Source: Thermotogota bacterium
Lineage (GTDB): Bacteria > Bipolaricaulota > Bipolaricaulia > UBA7950 > UBA9294
NCBI GenBank assembly: GCA_039679545.1
Contig: JBDKUT010000134.1
Coordinates: 1 to 29,905, forward strand
Direction: 5' to 3'
Length of the DNA stretch: 29,905 nt
Numbering within the stretch: position 1 is the stretch's first letter; each line of letters begins with the position of its first letter. The translations under genes were made by a program, and so were the position numbers. Positions 27,510 through 29,905 of the stretch are shown here, piece by piece. The notes beneath the pieces were generated by a model, which did not search any database, was not told the origin of the DNA, and saw only the letters and a list, made by a program, of their open reading frames with translations.

Positions 27510-29297
27510 CTACCGGCCGAGTATTGCTAGAATCTCCTCGAATCTCGCCCGAGCCCGCTGGAGTATCTCCCCGAATGACCACAAGTGCAGCCCAGCCTGC
27601 GCCTGCTTCTCCTTTATTGCGAGAACGGACGGATCGTACTCGCGACCGACAACGTACGTCGTGAAGAGGATGTTGGGACGCTGCTTCTTGATCAGACCTT
27701 CGTACTCCAAGGCTTGTGTCACGTGCTTCATAATGATCGCTTCGCTTGGCCGTTTGAACTCGAGAATCACCGCTTCATTCCCATCGTCACGCGACCGGCA
27801 TACGAGATCAGGTCTAATCTTCTCTCGTCCCTTGTACAGTGCGTCGACTTGCTTGTCGAGTAGCGTCTTGAGCGGCTTGTCCGAAGACCACAGTTCTAGC
27901 CCCTCGCGCACAAGCCACAAGTTGCTCTCCACTAGCTTGTGTAAGTCAACTTCGTCGGTTCTGTCAGACGATACGAGTTCCTCTAGACGGGAGATGATGT
28001 TGATTTGCGTCTCGACGATGCCTGCGATGCCATTGAGCTGCGACAGACCCCATTCGCTGATGAGGTCAGCAAGCTTCTCGGCTTCCCGGATGTCCGCGCT
28101 CGCAATGGCATTCATGAGCTCCTTGAGGACGTTGGACTCGTAGTACCGCAGGATCCACTCGATCAGGCTCCTCGCGTCCGCATCTGAAGCGGTTGTCAGC
28201 TTGGGGATCACGCCCCGCACGACTCTCGAGGCAGCGCCTTGTATGTGCGGAGGCAGCGCCGCTAGACGGGCCTTGATCTCAGGTGCCTCCATGAGGACGT
28301 CGGTGCGCTTCTTGGTCTCGCTTTCATCGACCCCCTGGATGACTCTGCGTACGAAGTCCGCGGCCCACTCGTTGAACTTCTGGACTACCTCCGAGTCCTC
28401 AAGGAAGCCGTCGCGAGACGTCTTTATGAGATCGTGGCGCTTCCCCGCCGAGTCCTCCGGGTCAAGGAACTCCGCGGCGATCTCGCCCACGATCTTCTCC
28501 GCGGTGAAGAAACCGTGCGCGCGCGTGTCCAATCCGAACAGGGATGCTTCTTGGACGATGCGTCCGCGTACACGCACCGCAAGGCCCGGACTGGCTTGTC
28601 GTGCATTCGCAATGATGTAGAACCCAGAGACTTCTCCGATGTCCGGAATGGCCTCACTGAACTCGCTCTTCTCGCCAAGAACATCCTCCGCCGTACACTC
28701 TACGTCGTTAATGGCAATCACGAACCCGGGGCCAGGCGGCAGAGAGCGGTAGAGATGACGCCGCACAACGTCTGCAGAAGGGAGCTGCAGGCCTTCGTGT
28801 AGCTGCAGCAGCTCGACGGTCGTGCCGTTCGGCCGCTCGGTATCCGTGACCGTGACGTCAAACTCGTGGCTAGCTAGCTCTTCGATCGACTCAAGATCGG
28901 CTCTATCGATCGTGATCGAGGACTGCTTCCCGTCGTGTCGTGTACTCAGCCGGATTCGTGAAGCGATGCCGAACCCGGCCAGCTTCCCGATCCCCTTGCT
29001 CCCAATCACCAGCCTCCCGCTGCTAGTTCGCTCGCCCTCATCTCGGCGATCACGGCCAATGTGGAGGAACTTTCTCTTTAGGTCATCGGTGCTCATCCCG
29101 GTGCCGTCGTCCGCTATCGTGATTGTGGCGTTGTCGTCAATCGCATCAGGCAACTGGATGTGGACAGACTTCGCATCCGCGTCGTACGAGTTCGCGGCAA
29201 GCTCCGCCAGGCACTTACGGATGCTGTTGTAGGAGGAAATCCCGAGATGGTCGAGGATCCGCGGCGAGATGGTGAAACTTGCTTTGGTGCCGGTCAT
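27510..29297 (-). CDS. MORC-type GHKL ATPase fused to a C-terminal PD-(D/E)xK nuclease-like domain
   Basis: GHKL motifs ELAANSYDADA, DDGTGMS, GSKGIGK and GTTV; S5-like region with SRDGF; C-terminal E..LH.....NLWL...RPDL...ILEFKRP...QALEY. Confidence 0.88.
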   Translation of the reverse strand: MTGTKASFTISPRILDHLGISSYNSIRKCLAELAANSYDADAKSVHIQLPDAIDDNATITIADDGTGMSTDDLKRKFLHIGRDRRDEGERTSSGRLVIGSKGIGKLAGFGIASRIRLSTRHDGKQSSITIDRADLESIEELASHEFDVTVTDTERPNGTTVELLQLHEGLQLPSADVVRRHLYRSLPPGPGFVIAINDVECTAEDVLGEKSEFSEAIPDIGEVSGFYIIANARQASPGLAVRVRGRIVQEASLFGLDTRAHGFFTAEKIVGEIAAEFLDPEDSAGKRHDLIKTSRDGFLEDSEVVQKFNEWAADFVRRVIQGVDESETKKRTDVLMEAPEIKARLAALPPHIQGAASRVVRGVIPKLTTASDADARSLIEWILRYYESNVLKELMNAIASADIREAEKLADLISEWGLSQLNGIAGIVETQINIISRLEELVSSDRTDEVDLHKLVESNLWLVREGLELWSSDKPLKTLLDKQVDALYKGREKIRPDLVCRSRDDGNEAVILEFKRPSEAIIMKHVTQALEYEGLIKKQRPNILFTTYVVGREYDPSVLAIKEKQAQAGLHLWSFGEILQRARARFEEILAILGR

Positions 29298-29815
29298 GGT
29301 GCTCCCTTCCAAGTGGCCGGTGAACGGCAACTCGATCACACCTGGCAATGCGCGCTTCGTACCGTCACGCCCGCAGCCTCACGTGCTTCGTGCACAGCGC
29401 CGCAAACCGCCGCCACATGGCCGACTCCCATGCTACAGCGCTGCAGTCTACAGGACAACCAGCGTCTGGGCATGGCGTGTGCGAGAGGCTGCTGATAGCG
29501 AAGAGACCTCCGCGCGATTCCCGCGACCGGATGCCCGCGCGAGAGGAACGCTCGCAGCGGACAGTCTTGCCACGGAGCGGCCTGCGTCTGGGTGTCGCGC
29601 ACGACGGCATCACAGCGGAGCACACCCGTGATCTGGCGCTCCGGGATTCCATGCTAATCGGCAGGGCCGTCCCCCTCGCCTACCTTCGTCATGGGGCGAA
29701 CATCTCCGCGCGCAGAAGGTCGGCCCGCGCCGGAGCGCGCCAGTGGGGATTCGATCTACAGTCGAAGCATACCGTCCCGGAGCGCCAGACAACTGCTTCA
29801 GGCTCCCCAGACGCC

Positions 29816-29905
29816 CTACGCCGTCGGCCACCAGAATCCGCTCTTCGCCAGTCGCTCCTGGAACTCGAGCACCTTCCCTGTGGCGACTCCCCTTGGGGCG
29901 GGCTT
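29816..29905 (-). CDS. Possible 3' end of a gene entering from beyond the window
   Basis: Open frame KPAPRGVATGKVLEFQERLAKSGFWWPTA* reaches the window edge; not identifiable. Confidence 0.35.
   Translation of the reverse strand, partial: KPAPRGVATGKVLEFQERLAKSGFWWPTA

Noticed and set aside
26845..28143. 432-aa plus-strand ORF
   Set aside because: Antisense to the GNAT and MORC genes; Ser-rich shadow composition.

Overview
High-GC bacterial accessory region with about 37 gene-sized units, all but two on the minus strand. It contains two type II toxin-antitoxin modules (PIN/DUF6364 and higBA), several GNAT acetyltransferases and SAM methyltransferases, secreted proteins (PD40/TolB-like, BPL_N/GATase-like, GH18), a TfoX-C/TatD/alkyltransferase-like cluster, corA, a coupled HOGA-like aldolase and alanine-glyoxylate-type aminotransferase pair, a PAS/HD-GYP protein and a NYN-LOTUS protein. 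Decayed genes include an IS110 fragment, a frameshifted alkyltransferase-like gene, an internally deleted GNAT and a hydrolase::GNAT fusion. The best leads are: (1) an orphan MORC/GHKL ATPase fused to a PD-(D/E)xK nuclease; (2) a DUF4062 protein lacking the usual NTPase, with a DUF2059-like tail, divergent from an internally duplicated membrane protein; (3) degenerate attC-like sites and a 900-bp direct-repeat-bounded TA unit, suggesting a relic integron-cassette array; (4) the HOGA-AGT pair. No rRNA, tRNA or CRISPR array was seen. All family calls come from motif recognition by eye; no searches were run.
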